A stretch of 64,000 bases of DNA from an uncultured Anaerolineaceae bacterium. Lineage in GTDB: Bacteria; Chloroflexota; Anaerolineae; Anaerolineales; UBA4823. The stretch's first letter is position 1; each line of letters begins with the position of its first letter. Shown piece by piece: positions 43,579-51,756 of this stretch. A model generated the notes under the pieces. That model saw only the letters and a program-made list of their open reading frames with translations. It did not search any database and had not been told where the DNA came from. Both the position numbers and the translations under genes were made by a program. The DNA is taken from assembly GCA_964391195.1 (NCBI GenBank), contig CAYMLG010000009.1, positions 4,167-68,166 of the forward strand, written 5' to 3'.

Positions 43579-45264
43579 TCAATTCTTGGGCTTACCCCTG
43601 GCCTCTTCGGCCGGCTTTTTGAGGACCACCGGCATTTCCGGCTTCATCGATTTCGCCTTGCGACGGAGGCCGGCGAAGCTAAGCTTCCCGTTTTTACTGC
43701 CGGCGTTTTCAGCCTCGGCCTGGAAATAGTACTTGCTGACAGTGCCATAGCGCATGTAATAATCCAGGTTCGACTTCGGCAGGTGGTTATAAACCACACC
43801 CACTATCCGGGCGCCGGTACGGCGAAGCTGCTCCAGCCCAATTTTGGCCTCGGCTCGCTTCGTTTGCCCATGGCGGATCACCAACAAGACGCCGTCCACG
43901 TAGGAGGCGAGCAGGGCCGCGTCGGTGACCAGGATGGGAGGCCCGTCGATAATCACCAGGTCGGCTTTCGTGCCCAACTCTTTCAGGTGTTCCTCCATCT
44001 TCTGTGAGGCCATCAGATCGGCGGGATTCGTATCCAGGTTCCCGGCCGGGAGGATCTTCAGATGCTCAAATTTCCAGGAGGTGATGGCCTGATCCAGGCT
44101 CAGCTTGCCTTCCAGCACTTCACCGAACCCTACCTGGTTAGGCGAATCGAGGTAGCGACTAAACCCATGCTTGCGAAGGTCGGCGTCAACCACGAGCACA
44201 TCCTTCCCCCCTTGGGCCAGCACCGTCGCCAGGTTTACCGACACCGAGGTTTTCCCGGCGGCCACGTCTGGGCTGGTAACCAGGATGGTGCGCAGGTTTT
44301 CCCCTTTGCTTAGGAAGACAATATTGCTCCGCAGCGCCCGGTAAGCCTCTGCCACGATCGAATTCGGCTCTACTGCCACATGGATAATGTTTTCATCTTC
44401 GTTCTCCACCTCCCCCAGGTGGCCGATCACCGGAAGTCCCAGCACGCGGATGATTTCATCGGTGGAGCGCAGGGTGTCATCCAGGTATTCAAGCAGATAG
44501 GCCGACCCGCTGGCAATCGTCAGGCCGATCGCCATGGAGAGCAGCATGATACTGATCTTGTTCGGGCCGACCGGGCTGGAAGGGCGTTGGGCCGGTTCGA
44601 GGACGGTGAGCTGGTTCGAAGCGCCGCCTGACGAGTTGGTAAAGAGGGTGATGTAATTGTTCTGTAAAGTCGCCAGCTTGGAGCGTAGGGCGTTGATCTC
44701 GGCCTGCGCATCGGCGATCTGGCGGGCGCTGGTCATAGTCGCCAGTTCACCTTCGGCCTGGAGGATGTCGGCCTCGGTCTTGCGGATTTCGTTTTCGAGC
44801 TTGACCAACTGCTCGTTGATAAATTCCTCGTGCTCCGCTTCGCGCGGGTCGCTGCTGGTGGGGCTGTTGAGGATCAGTTGGTTGGCCAGCTCGTTGGCTA
44901 CCTTCTGCGCCCGTTCGGGATCGGAATCCACGACCACAATTTCGATGATCGAGCTGTTCGGCACCGGAGCCACTGTGTATTCCGGCAGCCTTTCCAACCC
45001 GAGCGCCCGCCGGGTGGCGTTCCGCACCGGTGCGCGGGTTGCCAGATCCACATAAAACCGGGCGAGCTGCACATTCGTCCCCAGTTCGCTGCCCGAAGGA
45101 TTGGCCTCGAACACCGAGCGCCCCACCACCAGGGTGGTGCGAGACTGGTAGACAGGCGGCTGCCGGCTTGCGATGACGAAGCTGGAGCCGGCGGATAACA
45201 CACAGGCCAACACTAGCAGCCACCAGTATTTGATCAATGGAGCGATGTAAGGTTTGATATCCAT
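43579..45264 (-). CDS. Polysaccharide co-polymerase fused to a BY-type tyrosine autokinase (Wzc-like)
   Basis: N-terminal TM segment plus a Wzz-like coiled-coil region and a second TM (ISIMLLSMAIGLTIASGSAYLL). Walker A is SPDVAAGKTS, Walker B-like is DLVIIDGPP, and the C-terminal Tyr cluster is DYYMRYGTVSKYY. Confidence 0.85.
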   Translation of the reverse strand: MDIKPYIAPLIKYWWLLVLACVLSAGSSFVIASRQPPVYQSRTTLVVGRSVFEANPSGSELGTNVQLARFYVDLATRAPVRNATRRALGLERLPEYTVAPVPNSSIIEIVVVDSDPERAQKVANELANQLILNSPTSSDPREAEHEEFINEQLVKLENEIRKTEADILQAEGELATMTSARQIADAQAEINALRSKLATLQNNYITLFTNSSGGASNQLTVLEPAQRPSSPVGPNKISIMLLSMAIGLTIASGSAYLLEYLDDTLRSTDEIIRVLGLPVIGHLGEVENEDENIIHVAVEPNSIVAEAYRALRSNIVFLSKGENLRTILVTSPDVAAGKTSVSVNLATVLAQGGKDVLVVDADLRKHGFSRYLDSPNQVGFGEVLEGKLSLDQAITSWKFEHLKILPAGNLDTNPADLMASQKMEEHLKELGTKADLVIIDGPPILVTDAALLASYVDGVLLVIRHGQTKRAEAKIGLEQLRRTGARIVGVVYNHLPKSNLDYYMRYGTVSKYYFQAEAENAGSKNGKLSFAGLRRKAKSMKPEMPVVLKKPAEEARGKPKN

Positions 45265-45273
45265 CGTGTGGCC

Positions 45274-46800
45274 TCACATTTTCTTCAAGTCGTTCCCCAT
45301 AACGATTTCCGGTTGATCAGGCTTTTTTAGGAGTTGCTCCCGCAACTGTGCCTTGACCACTTTTCCATGCGCGTTCACCGGCAGCCTGGGGAGAATTGTG
45401 ATTGCTTTAGGGACCATGTGGCGGGCGAAATGCTTCTGGCAGTACTCCAGAATTTCCTCCGCCCGCAGCCCGGAGCCTGTTTTTAAGGCCAGGAAGACGT
45501 GGATCGCCTCGCCCCGCGTTTCATCCGGCTGCCCGATGGCTGCCGCTGCGATCACCTCCGGAATCTCCTGGATTTTGGCCTCAATCTCCTGGCTGCTGAC
45601 CCGGTGCCCGAGCACTTTGATAAAGTCGCTCTTGCGGTCGGTGATAAAGATGAAACCATCCTCGTCGATCGTGGCCAGGTCGCCGGTCCACAGCCAGCCG
45701 TCGCGGAACTTGGCCGCCGTTCCCTCCGGATCGTCCACATAGCCCGGTGAGATATTGTCCCCTCGGGCGATGATTTCCCCGATCTCCCCCGGCCGTACCT
45801 CATCCCCGCTCTCGTTCACCACTCTCAGCTCGACCCCCGGGATGCCCCGGCCGATCGAGCCCAGTTTCTCTCTGAGCAGGTGCGGGGGCAGGTAGGAGAG
45901 GCGGGCCGTCGCCTCCGTTTGCCCGTACATCACGTACACCTGGGCACCCGGGGCTGCGTTCGCCAGCTCCTCGATCATCACCTTCGGCAGCTTGCCTCCC
46001 GCCTGCTGGATCTTCTTCAATGCCGGGAAGCTGCGCCGGGCGAAGGAAGTGTTCCTCAGCAGAGTCTGGTAGGTGGAGGGGACGCCTGCGATTCCCGTGC
46101 AGGATTGCTCCTCCAGCATATTGAGGGCGGTTTCAGGGTAAGCAAAGGTGTTGCACAGCGCCATCGAGCCCCCCACCCGCAGGTGGGTGTGCAGCAGGGA
46201 AGTCCCGAAGCAGTAGAAGAAGGGGAGCACGACGAGAATGCGGTCATCCCGTCCCAACTCCAGATATTCGACGATCGAGGTGGTGTTCGCCTGCAGGTTG
46301 CGATGCGTGATGCGCACAGCCCGCGGCAAAGCGGTCGTCCCGGAGGTGAGCATCAAGGCTGCGTCCTGGTCTGGATCGACCGGGATGGAGGCCACCTCCG
46401 CGGTTGAGGCCGCGGAGGGGTCCATCTGTTCTTCTGTTACCAGGGCCAGGCCGGGGAGAAGGCCCTCGTCGAATTTTCGCCTCGATTTCCGGTCGATGAA
46501 CATCGCCTGGCAGCGCAGGAAGCGCTCTTTGCGTTGAAAATCTTCAACAGTAGAGACGGTCGAGAAAGGCACGGATACCGCCCCAAGCTTCAAAGTCGCC
46601 AGGTATGCCGCCGCCCAGAAAAAGGAATTCTCTGCGAGCAGCCCCACCCGCTGCCCGCACTGAATACCGGCGCACGCCAGTTGGTGCGCCAACTGGTTCA
46701 CGGCCCGGCGTAACTCGCGGTAGGTGTAGCGGGCGGATGAGGTGAGGATGGCGAGGTCGTCGTCCTCACCGTGCTCGAGCAGATAATCGGCTGTGTTCAT
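45274..46800 (-). CDS. Adenylate-forming acyl-AMP/acyl-carrier ligase
   Basis: Core motifs TSGTTALPRAV, YGQTEA, WLWTGD, DRKSDFIKVLGHRV and a terminal NAHGKV. The A4-equivalent LPFFYCFGTS lacks the amino-acid-binding Asp. An ATGA overlap links it to the upstream carrier protein gene. Confidence 0.85.
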   Translation of the reverse strand: MNTADYLLEHGEDDDLAILTSSARYTYRELRRAVNQLAHQLACAGIQCGQRVGLLAENSFFWAAAYLATLKLGAVSVPFSTVSTVEDFQRKERFLRCQAMFIDRKSRRKFDEGLLPGLALVTEEQMDPSAASTAEVASIPVDPDQDAALMLTSGTTALPRAVRITHRNLQANTTSIVEYLELGRDDRILVVLPFFYCFGTSLLHTHLRVGGSMALCNTFAYPETALNMLEEQSCTGIAGVPSTYQTLLRNTSFARRSFPALKKIQQAGGKLPKVMIEELANAAPGAQVYVMYGQTEATARLSYLPPHLLREKLGSIGRGIPGVELRVVNESGDEVRPGEIGEIIARGDNISPGYVDDPEGTAAKFRDGWLWTGDLATIDEDGFIFITDRKSDFIKVLGHRVSSQEIEAKIQEIPEVIAAAAIGQPDETRGEAIHVFLALKTGSGLRAEEILEYCQKHFARHMVPKAITILPRLPVNAHGKVVKAQLREQLLKKPDQPEIVMGNDLKKM

Positions 46801-47051
46801 GCCACTTTCACTGTCTTTCTGCGGATGTAATCGGCCAACCGGCTGACCGAGTCAAAGTTATCTGGCACAATATCGGTATCATCGACGGTGATCCCGAACC
46901 GTTCTTCGATAAACATCACCAGTTCCATTACCCCCTGGGAATCAACGATCCCTTCCTCCAGGAAGGAAGCGGTGTCGCCATAGCGGAATCCGTCATTGCT
47001 GAACAGAATGTTCTTCGCGATGTAGTCCCTTATCTCAGCTTCGTGATTCAT
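46797..47051 (-). CDS. Small stand-alone acyl carrier protein (DltC-like layout)
   Basis: 84 aa. It has the phosphopantetheine-site context FLEEGIVDSQGVMELVMFIEERFGI and GAGAGGA 4 nt upstream of the ATG. Confidence 0.8.
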   Translation of the reverse strand: MNHEAEIRDYIAKNILFSNDGFRYGDTASFLEEGIVDSQGVMELVMFIEERFGITVDDTDIVPDNFDSVSRLADYIRRKTVKVA

Positions 47052-47488
47052 CTTTTCCTCTCTATCTGATCAATTCTGGATCTCTAACCCCACTAGAATC
47101 GAAAGATTTCCTCTTTCGTTGATCGACGTTCTCATCCCCCTGTCAATCCCCACTTTGCCGTATTCGCTGGTTCAAGCTGTACTTTCAGCCGTGGAAACCC
47201 ATTCATCTGCCGGGCCGCTCCGCTGTCCGGGTGTTTGTTGCCCACCAGTCGCGCCTGCGGTCACCGCTACTGCTATTAACGACAAAATGGGAAAAATGTA
47301 ACACTTTACAGATTAGTAATTAATTTTTGCCTGGTTCTATGCTATGTTAAGGGGAGTTGAATTGGACTAAACCTAGGCAAGTTATAGAGTGCTGGGCCAG
47401 TTCACCATCCAATCCTTAGGTCGCCATGAGGGGAGAATTAAAAGGCGCCTGCTTCCACAGAGAGAAATAGCTTACGAGGAGTGAGTAT
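47052..47488. promoter_or_regulatory. Divergent intergenic region expected to hold promoters for the ACP-ligase operon (minus) and the PQQ-propeller gene (plus)
   Basis: 437-bp non-coding gap between divergently oriented starts. It has AT-rich arms (for example ttagtaattaatttttgcc at ~47312-47330). There are SD-like sequences before both ATGs (GAGGAG before 47489, GAGAGGA before 47051). I could not assign exact -35/-10 boxes. Confidence 0.4.
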
Positions 47489-50215
47489 ATGAGCCGATAC
47501 ACTACCCGTTCCCTTTCCCTGCTGTTAATCCTTACGATCTGGATAACCACTTTTTGCCAGATTGCCTTCGTCCCCACTCCGGGCGCTGCCGACCCGGGGG
47601 CAAATGGTTCCGTTTATCTCCCATATGTCACCCGGCCTGCCAGTTCGGACCCTGGGGTTCCTGGAGGCCCTGGAACCCCCTCCGACCCCGGCGCATCGGG
47701 AGACGGCCAGTGGTCGATGGCCGGAGCGAACCCTGAACGAACTTCCTGGGTCGAAGAAGAGGTCAAGGGAAACTTGCGTCCTGCCTGGTATAAACCCTTC
47801 GAACCCTACATTCTACCCAAGGTTCAGATCATCACGGCCAACAACCTGCTCTATATTTCCACCTCCCGAGGCCTGTATGCTCTAGATGCGGTCACCGGGG
47901 AAGAGCGCTGGGTCTACCCCACCGAGCTTCCTCTCGGCCACTCGCCGACAATCGCCGGCGGGGTCGCCTTTGTCGGCGGGTATGACCACAAGCTCCACGC
48001 CGTGGATGCCTTGACCGGCCAGGGTCTGTGGACCTTTGAGGCCGGGGCCGGGTTCGACACCAACCCCCTGGTTGTCGAGGGGAAGGTTTTTCTTGGCAAT
48101 CGCGACGGCAACTTCTACGCCATCCATGCCGAAGGGCCTTCCCGTGGGCAGCAAGCCTGGAAATTCCAGGCCGGCGCCCCGGTGCTGTATTCCGCGGCTT
48201 ACAAGGACGGCGTAGTGTTTTTCGCCGCCAACAACGGCTATGCTTATGCCCTGGATGCCGGCACCGGGGAACAGGTGTGGAGATCGGACCCGCTGCCCGG
48301 GTCTGGCTTCCAGTCCTGGTGGCCGGTTGTTTATGGCGACCGGGTGATCTTTGCCGGCAGCAATAATTACCGCGTCCTCGAGCCCGGCCTGCACACACAG
48401 CTCTCCAGGCTGGATACCGCCGAGGTCTTTCCCAACCACAATAACGATCCGCGCGGGACACTGATCGGCCCCTCCGGCAATGTGCCCGGGAATTGGGTGG
48501 CCGGCACCATGACCGTAGACGCCTCGGCGGCCCTCAATTATCTGCAGTCCAAGCCCTGGCGCCGCACCTACTTCGTCCTCGACCGCTCCACCGGCGAGGA
48601 GCGGGAGGTCGCTCCGGTGCTGTGGACCGGCACTCACAGCGGCAACCGCTACCCCCCAGTGGTCGGCGGAGACGGGGTGCTTTACCAGCAGAACAACTAT
48701 ATGTCGGACCCGAACATCAATGGCGGGCAGGTTTCCGGTTGGATGCTGGGCACCCCCTATATCAGCATCGTTACCGGAGATTGGGCTGCGGTGGATGAGC
48801 CGCACGCTTTCTCCGCCGGTGGAAATGTGATCTACTGGAACCTGTGCTGCGACCGCCAGGCCGGCGGCATCGACATCTCCCGCCCGCTGCAGGCGCCCGG
48901 GTCGGGTTCCGGAGGCCGGGAATGGACCTACTTCAGCTACGATCTCTACCGCGTCGCGCCCGGCTACGACCAGCAGATTTATAACGAGTTCCGGTCCGCG
49001 AACGACTACGGGTCCGAGACGATGGTGTACGGCAGCGAAGATGGGGTCTACGGCTATCACGGCGATCAGAACCCACCCGTTCCATATAACGGCCGGCTGT
49101 ACATGCACCGCGGCAACGTGGTGTTCGCCTTCGCCCCGGGAGGCGGGGCTTCCTCGCCGCTGCCGGTGGCGAAAACTGTGCCTGTCCAAAACGCCGGCAT
49201 CTCCAAGAGCGACGACCAGCTCCGGGCGATGCTCGCTGCTCAGGTGCAGCAGATGATCGATGCGGGGCATTTGCAGCCGGGATACAACGTCGAAGGCCTG
49301 ATCAACAGCCGCGCCCGGGACTGCGCCGACCTGTTGGGGGATTACTTCCACCATCCGGGCGACACGCTGCTGACCCTCAGCCTGGCGCTGCCCCATCTTC
49401 CCCAGAACCTGCAGCAGCAGGTGAAAGACTACATGCAGGCCGAGTTCAGCGCTTACCCCCCATACCGGTACAACCACATCGGCTGGAGGAACGGGGAGCC
49501 GCGGGAGTACACCGCCCGGCCGCCCGAGTTCGAATCGGACCGGGCCAGCTATGGCCCCCAGGAGGAGGTCTACAATTTCCCGGGCTGGCGCTTCGCCCCC
49601 CACGCGTTCTATGCTCTGTGGAAATACGCCGAGGTGTTCCCGAACGAGGCCAGGAACATCTTTAATGCCGCCCGAGACGAGCTCCCCTCGGTTCCCGGGG
49701 ACAATGCGCTGCGCGAGATGCCGCACATGCAGAACGCCTTCATCGCCGGCTACACCGGCTATCTCGAGCTGCAGAAACTGGCCGGCGAGAATCCCTCGTC
49801 CAATGTCCAGTCCGAGTTGAACCGGCTGAAGAACTTCCGGGTCTCCAACTTCACCATCGAGGTGGATGAAGAGCCCAGGAGCTACTGCCGCAGCCTCAAC
49901 GTCTCGCGGAACTTCCTGTACATGGTCCCCGAACTGGCGGACCATCTGCGGGCCAACGCCGGGCCCCAGGTCCAGGCGGCGCTGTCCGAGTACGAGCGGA
50001 TCGCCCCCTACTGGTTCGTCACCCGCGCCCCGGTCGCCTTTGGTGAAGGCGCCACCGCTCACCTCTACGATGCCTTCTCCCTGTTCCAGGCCCGGGCGCT
50101 GATCCTGGGTAACTCGCGACAGGAGCTGCTCAAATACCTGGATGTACCCGCTTTCAAGGTCGGGGATCTCTTCTACATCCAGAAGCTGATCATGATTTTG
50201 GAAGCCGGTGGCTAA
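47489..50215 (+). CDS. Secreted PQQ-like beta-propeller repeat protein with a ~400-aa unassigned, probably helical, C-terminal domain
   Basis: Signal/anchor LSLLLILTIWITTFCQIAF, then a Pro/Gly-rich linker. Recurrent PQQ/BamB-type blades: LYALDAVTGEERWVY, LHAVDALTGQGLWTF, FYAIHAEG..QAWKF, AYALDAGTGEQVWRS. SD GAGGAG lies upstream. Confidence 0.75.
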   Translation: MSRYTTRSLSLLLILTIWITTFCQIAFVPTPGAADPGANGSVYLPYVTRPASSDPGVPGGPGTPSDPGASGDGQWSMAGANPERTSWVEEEVKGNLRPAWYKPFEPYILPKVQIITANNLLYISTSRGLYALDAVTGEERWVYPTELPLGHSPTIAGGVAFVGGYDHKLHAVDALTGQGLWTFEAGAGFDTNPLVVEGKVFLGNRDGNFYAIHAEGPSRGQQAWKFQAGAPVLYSAAYKDGVVFFAANNGYAYALDAGTGEQVWRSDPLPGSGFQSWWPVVYGDRVIFAGSNNYRVLEPGLHTQLSRLDTAEVFPNHNNDPRGTLIGPSGNVPGNWVAGTMTVDASAALNYLQSKPWRRTYFVLDRSTGEEREVAPVLWTGTHSGNRYPPVVGGDGVLYQQNNYMSDPNINGGQVSGWMLGTPYISIVTGDWAAVDEPHAFSAGGNVIYWNLCCDRQAGGIDISRPLQAPGSGSGGREWTYFSYDLYRVAPGYDQQIYNEFRSANDYGSETMVYGSEDGVYGYHGDQNPPVPYNGRLYMHRGNVVFAFAPGGGASSPLPVAKTVPVQNAGISKSDDQLRAMLAAQVQQMIDAGHLQPGYNVEGLINSRARDCADLLGDYFHHPGDTLLTLSLALPHLPQNLQQQVKDYMQAEFSAYPPYRYNHIGWRNGEPREYTARPPEFESDRASYGPQEEVYNFPGWRFAPHAFYALWKYAEVFPNEARNIFNAARDELPSVPGDNALREMPHMQNAFIAGYTGYLELQKLAGENPSSNVQSELNRLKNFRVSNFTIEVDEEPRSYCRSLNVSRNFLYMVPELADHLRANAGPQVQAALSEYERIAPYWFVTRAPVAFGEGATAHLYDAFSLFQARALILGNSRQELLKYLDVPAFKVGDLFYIQKLIMILEAGG

Positions 50216-50313
50216 GCCAGAGGCTAAGCCACCGGCCAGCCGGTGATGCGCGCGAGAAGCGGTGGGCGGCCGGGCCTTTTCGCAGGGCTCGGCCTGTCCG
50301 CCGCTTTTCATTT
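50205..50313 (+). terminator. Two consecutive stem-loops between convergent genes; the second is a candidate intrinsic terminator
   Basis: Hairpin 1 spans 50205-50235 (ccggtggc..gccaccgg, plus inner pairs) and overlaps the TAA stop. Hairpin 2 spans 50257-50306: a ~20-bp stem allowing G-U pairs, a 9-nt loop uuuucgcag, followed by UUCAUUU. Confidence 0.4.
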
Positions 50314-51745
50314 AGCTCTCCTCCTTCTTGCGAAGGGTTTTTTCGATCACAATCAATCCGCCAAAGAACATCCACCCCACCAGGCTCGACCGGGTCCCAT
50401 CCAGGCCGACATTGTAGACGAAGGGGATCACCCAATCGCCCAGCATAGCCCCGGCCAGGGTGCCGGCTGTGGCTCCGACGGCCGAGAGCACGAAAGCCCG
50501 TGCGAAGCCATCGGGCAAGGCGTTGCGCAGACGCAGCGCCAACCCGGCGGCTTCGGCGTGGAACCATAAAAAGCAAGCCATGCCCAGCGCTCCGGTTTGC
50601 GCCAGGATGTCCACATAGTTGTTGTGAGAGTTATACGGGACCCACCAGCCCATGATGGGCGTGTAGGCGGATTGCCAGTAATAGTTCGCCGGCCCCAGGC
50701 CGAGGAAGGGGCTGACCTTGATCATCTGCAAGAGGTTCGCCCAGGCGGCCAGGCGGGTGGTGAGGCTGTACTCGTTGTCGCCCACCATCACAAAGCCAAC
50801 CACCTTATCAAGCTGGGTGAGGGCGCCCAATACGGCCAGCGCCCCAACGAAAATGCTGAGGTTTGGGGCCCCCACGGCGAAAGTCACCGCGATGGCGATC
50901 AGCGGCGGCATCCAACCGGAAGTCCACGACTGGCCAACGATCATACGCACGAAGAGTAGAAACACGAAGATCGTCCCTAACAGAACCCGCTGGCGAGTGG
51001 TCAGCGTCCCGTTGAAGACCATCTGTCCGAACGGCAGCACCAGGGCCCAGATCCAGAAGACGCTGCCGGAGAGGCCGCTGGGGATGATGGGCAAGAGGTT
51101 GAGCGAAAATGCGCCGCCGAGGCGCCGTATGGCGGACAGCACGGCCAGAACCAGGACGATCCACACCATGCGTTCCAGCCACTTGATATCTTTAATCTGG
51201 TGAGCCACGAGCAGGAAAGCCAGCGCCGAGAGCAGGTAAATAGCCAGTCCACCGATGCGGGCTGTGATCGAAGCGGTGTGGATGTTGATCAACATCGTCG
51301 GGTTGCCGAGGATAAAAGCCGCCAATGCCACCGCGCTCAACGCCAGAATCGGGGGGATGGTCCTGGAACGGACCAGCCGGAAGCTCCGCTGCCGCCACAT
51401 ATCCAGGAACCACAACCCCACCATCAATACCAGGACGATCACCGGCGGGGGTAGGGCGCTGCCCGTGCCGGTGCCGAGTGCGAAGGGGATGCTCCCGGCT
51501 GTGATCAATATCGCCAGAATACCCGCCTCCGGCCGCTTGAGCAGATACAGCACCGTGCCGATCCCCATCAGGAGCGCCACGACCAGCACCAGGAGCAAGA
51601 CAAGGTAGGTCACATTGGTTGTGAGCAGTGCGGGGACCATGCTGAACAAGATAGCGCCAAGGATGATGGCGGCCCGCAGCAGCCATGGGTGCTGATAGAA
51701 GATCAGGTCCAGAGATGGTATCCGCGAAATCAAAAGCCTTCTCAT
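50312..51745 (-). CDS. O-antigen ligase / Wzy-type polymerase family membrane protein
   Basis: 477 aa with about 10-12 hydrophobic helices. It carries the Wzy_C-type signature YNSHNNYVDILAQTGALG. Confidence 0.75.
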   Translation of the reverse strand: MRRLLISRIPSLDLIFYQHPWLLRAAIILGAILFSMVPALLTTNVTYLVLLLVLVVALLMGIGTVLYLLKRPEAGILAILITAGSIPFALGTGTGSALPPPVIVLVLMVGLWFLDMWRQRSFRLVRSRTIPPILALSAVALAAFILGNPTMLINIHTASITARIGGLAIYLLSALAFLLVAHQIKDIKWLERMVWIVLVLAVLSAIRRLGGAFSLNLLPIIPSGLSGSVFWIWALVLPFGQMVFNGTLTTRQRVLLGTIFVFLLFVRMIVGQSWTSGWMPPLIAIAVTFAVGAPNLSIFVGALAVLGALTQLDKVVGFVMVGDNEYSLTTRLAAWANLLQMIKVSPFLGLGPANYYWQSAYTPIMGWWVPYNSHNNYVDILAQTGALGMACFLWFHAEAAGLALRLRNALPDGFARAFVLSAVGATAGTLAGAMLGDWVIPFVYNVGLDGTRSSLVGWMFFGGLIVIEKTLRKKEES

Positions 51746-51756
51746 ACGGTAAGTGG

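Noticed and set aside
45274-47051. DltA/DltC-type D-alanylation system (the carrier protein strongly resembles DltC in layout)
   Set aside because: The ligase lacks the Asp-containing FDxS-type motif expected for amino-acid activation (it reads LPFFYCFGTS). No DltB (MBOAT) or DltD homologue is adjacent. I kept it only as an acyl-loading pair.
47119-47301. 60-aa Cys-containing ORF (..CPGVCCPP..) in the divergent intergenic region, considered as a RiPP precursor or small protein
   Set aside because: It has a TTG start with no SD-like sequence. There are no modification enzymes of RiPP type nearby. I could not discern a coding signal by eye. It is more likely untranslated leader or promoter DNA.
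47882-50311. 809-aa minus-strand ORF covering the PQQ-propeller gene
   Set aside because: It is a typical GC-rich antisense shadow ORF (Gly/Arg/Pro/Val-rich, no recognisable domain). The plus-strand product has a signal peptide, an SD and repeated PQQ blades.
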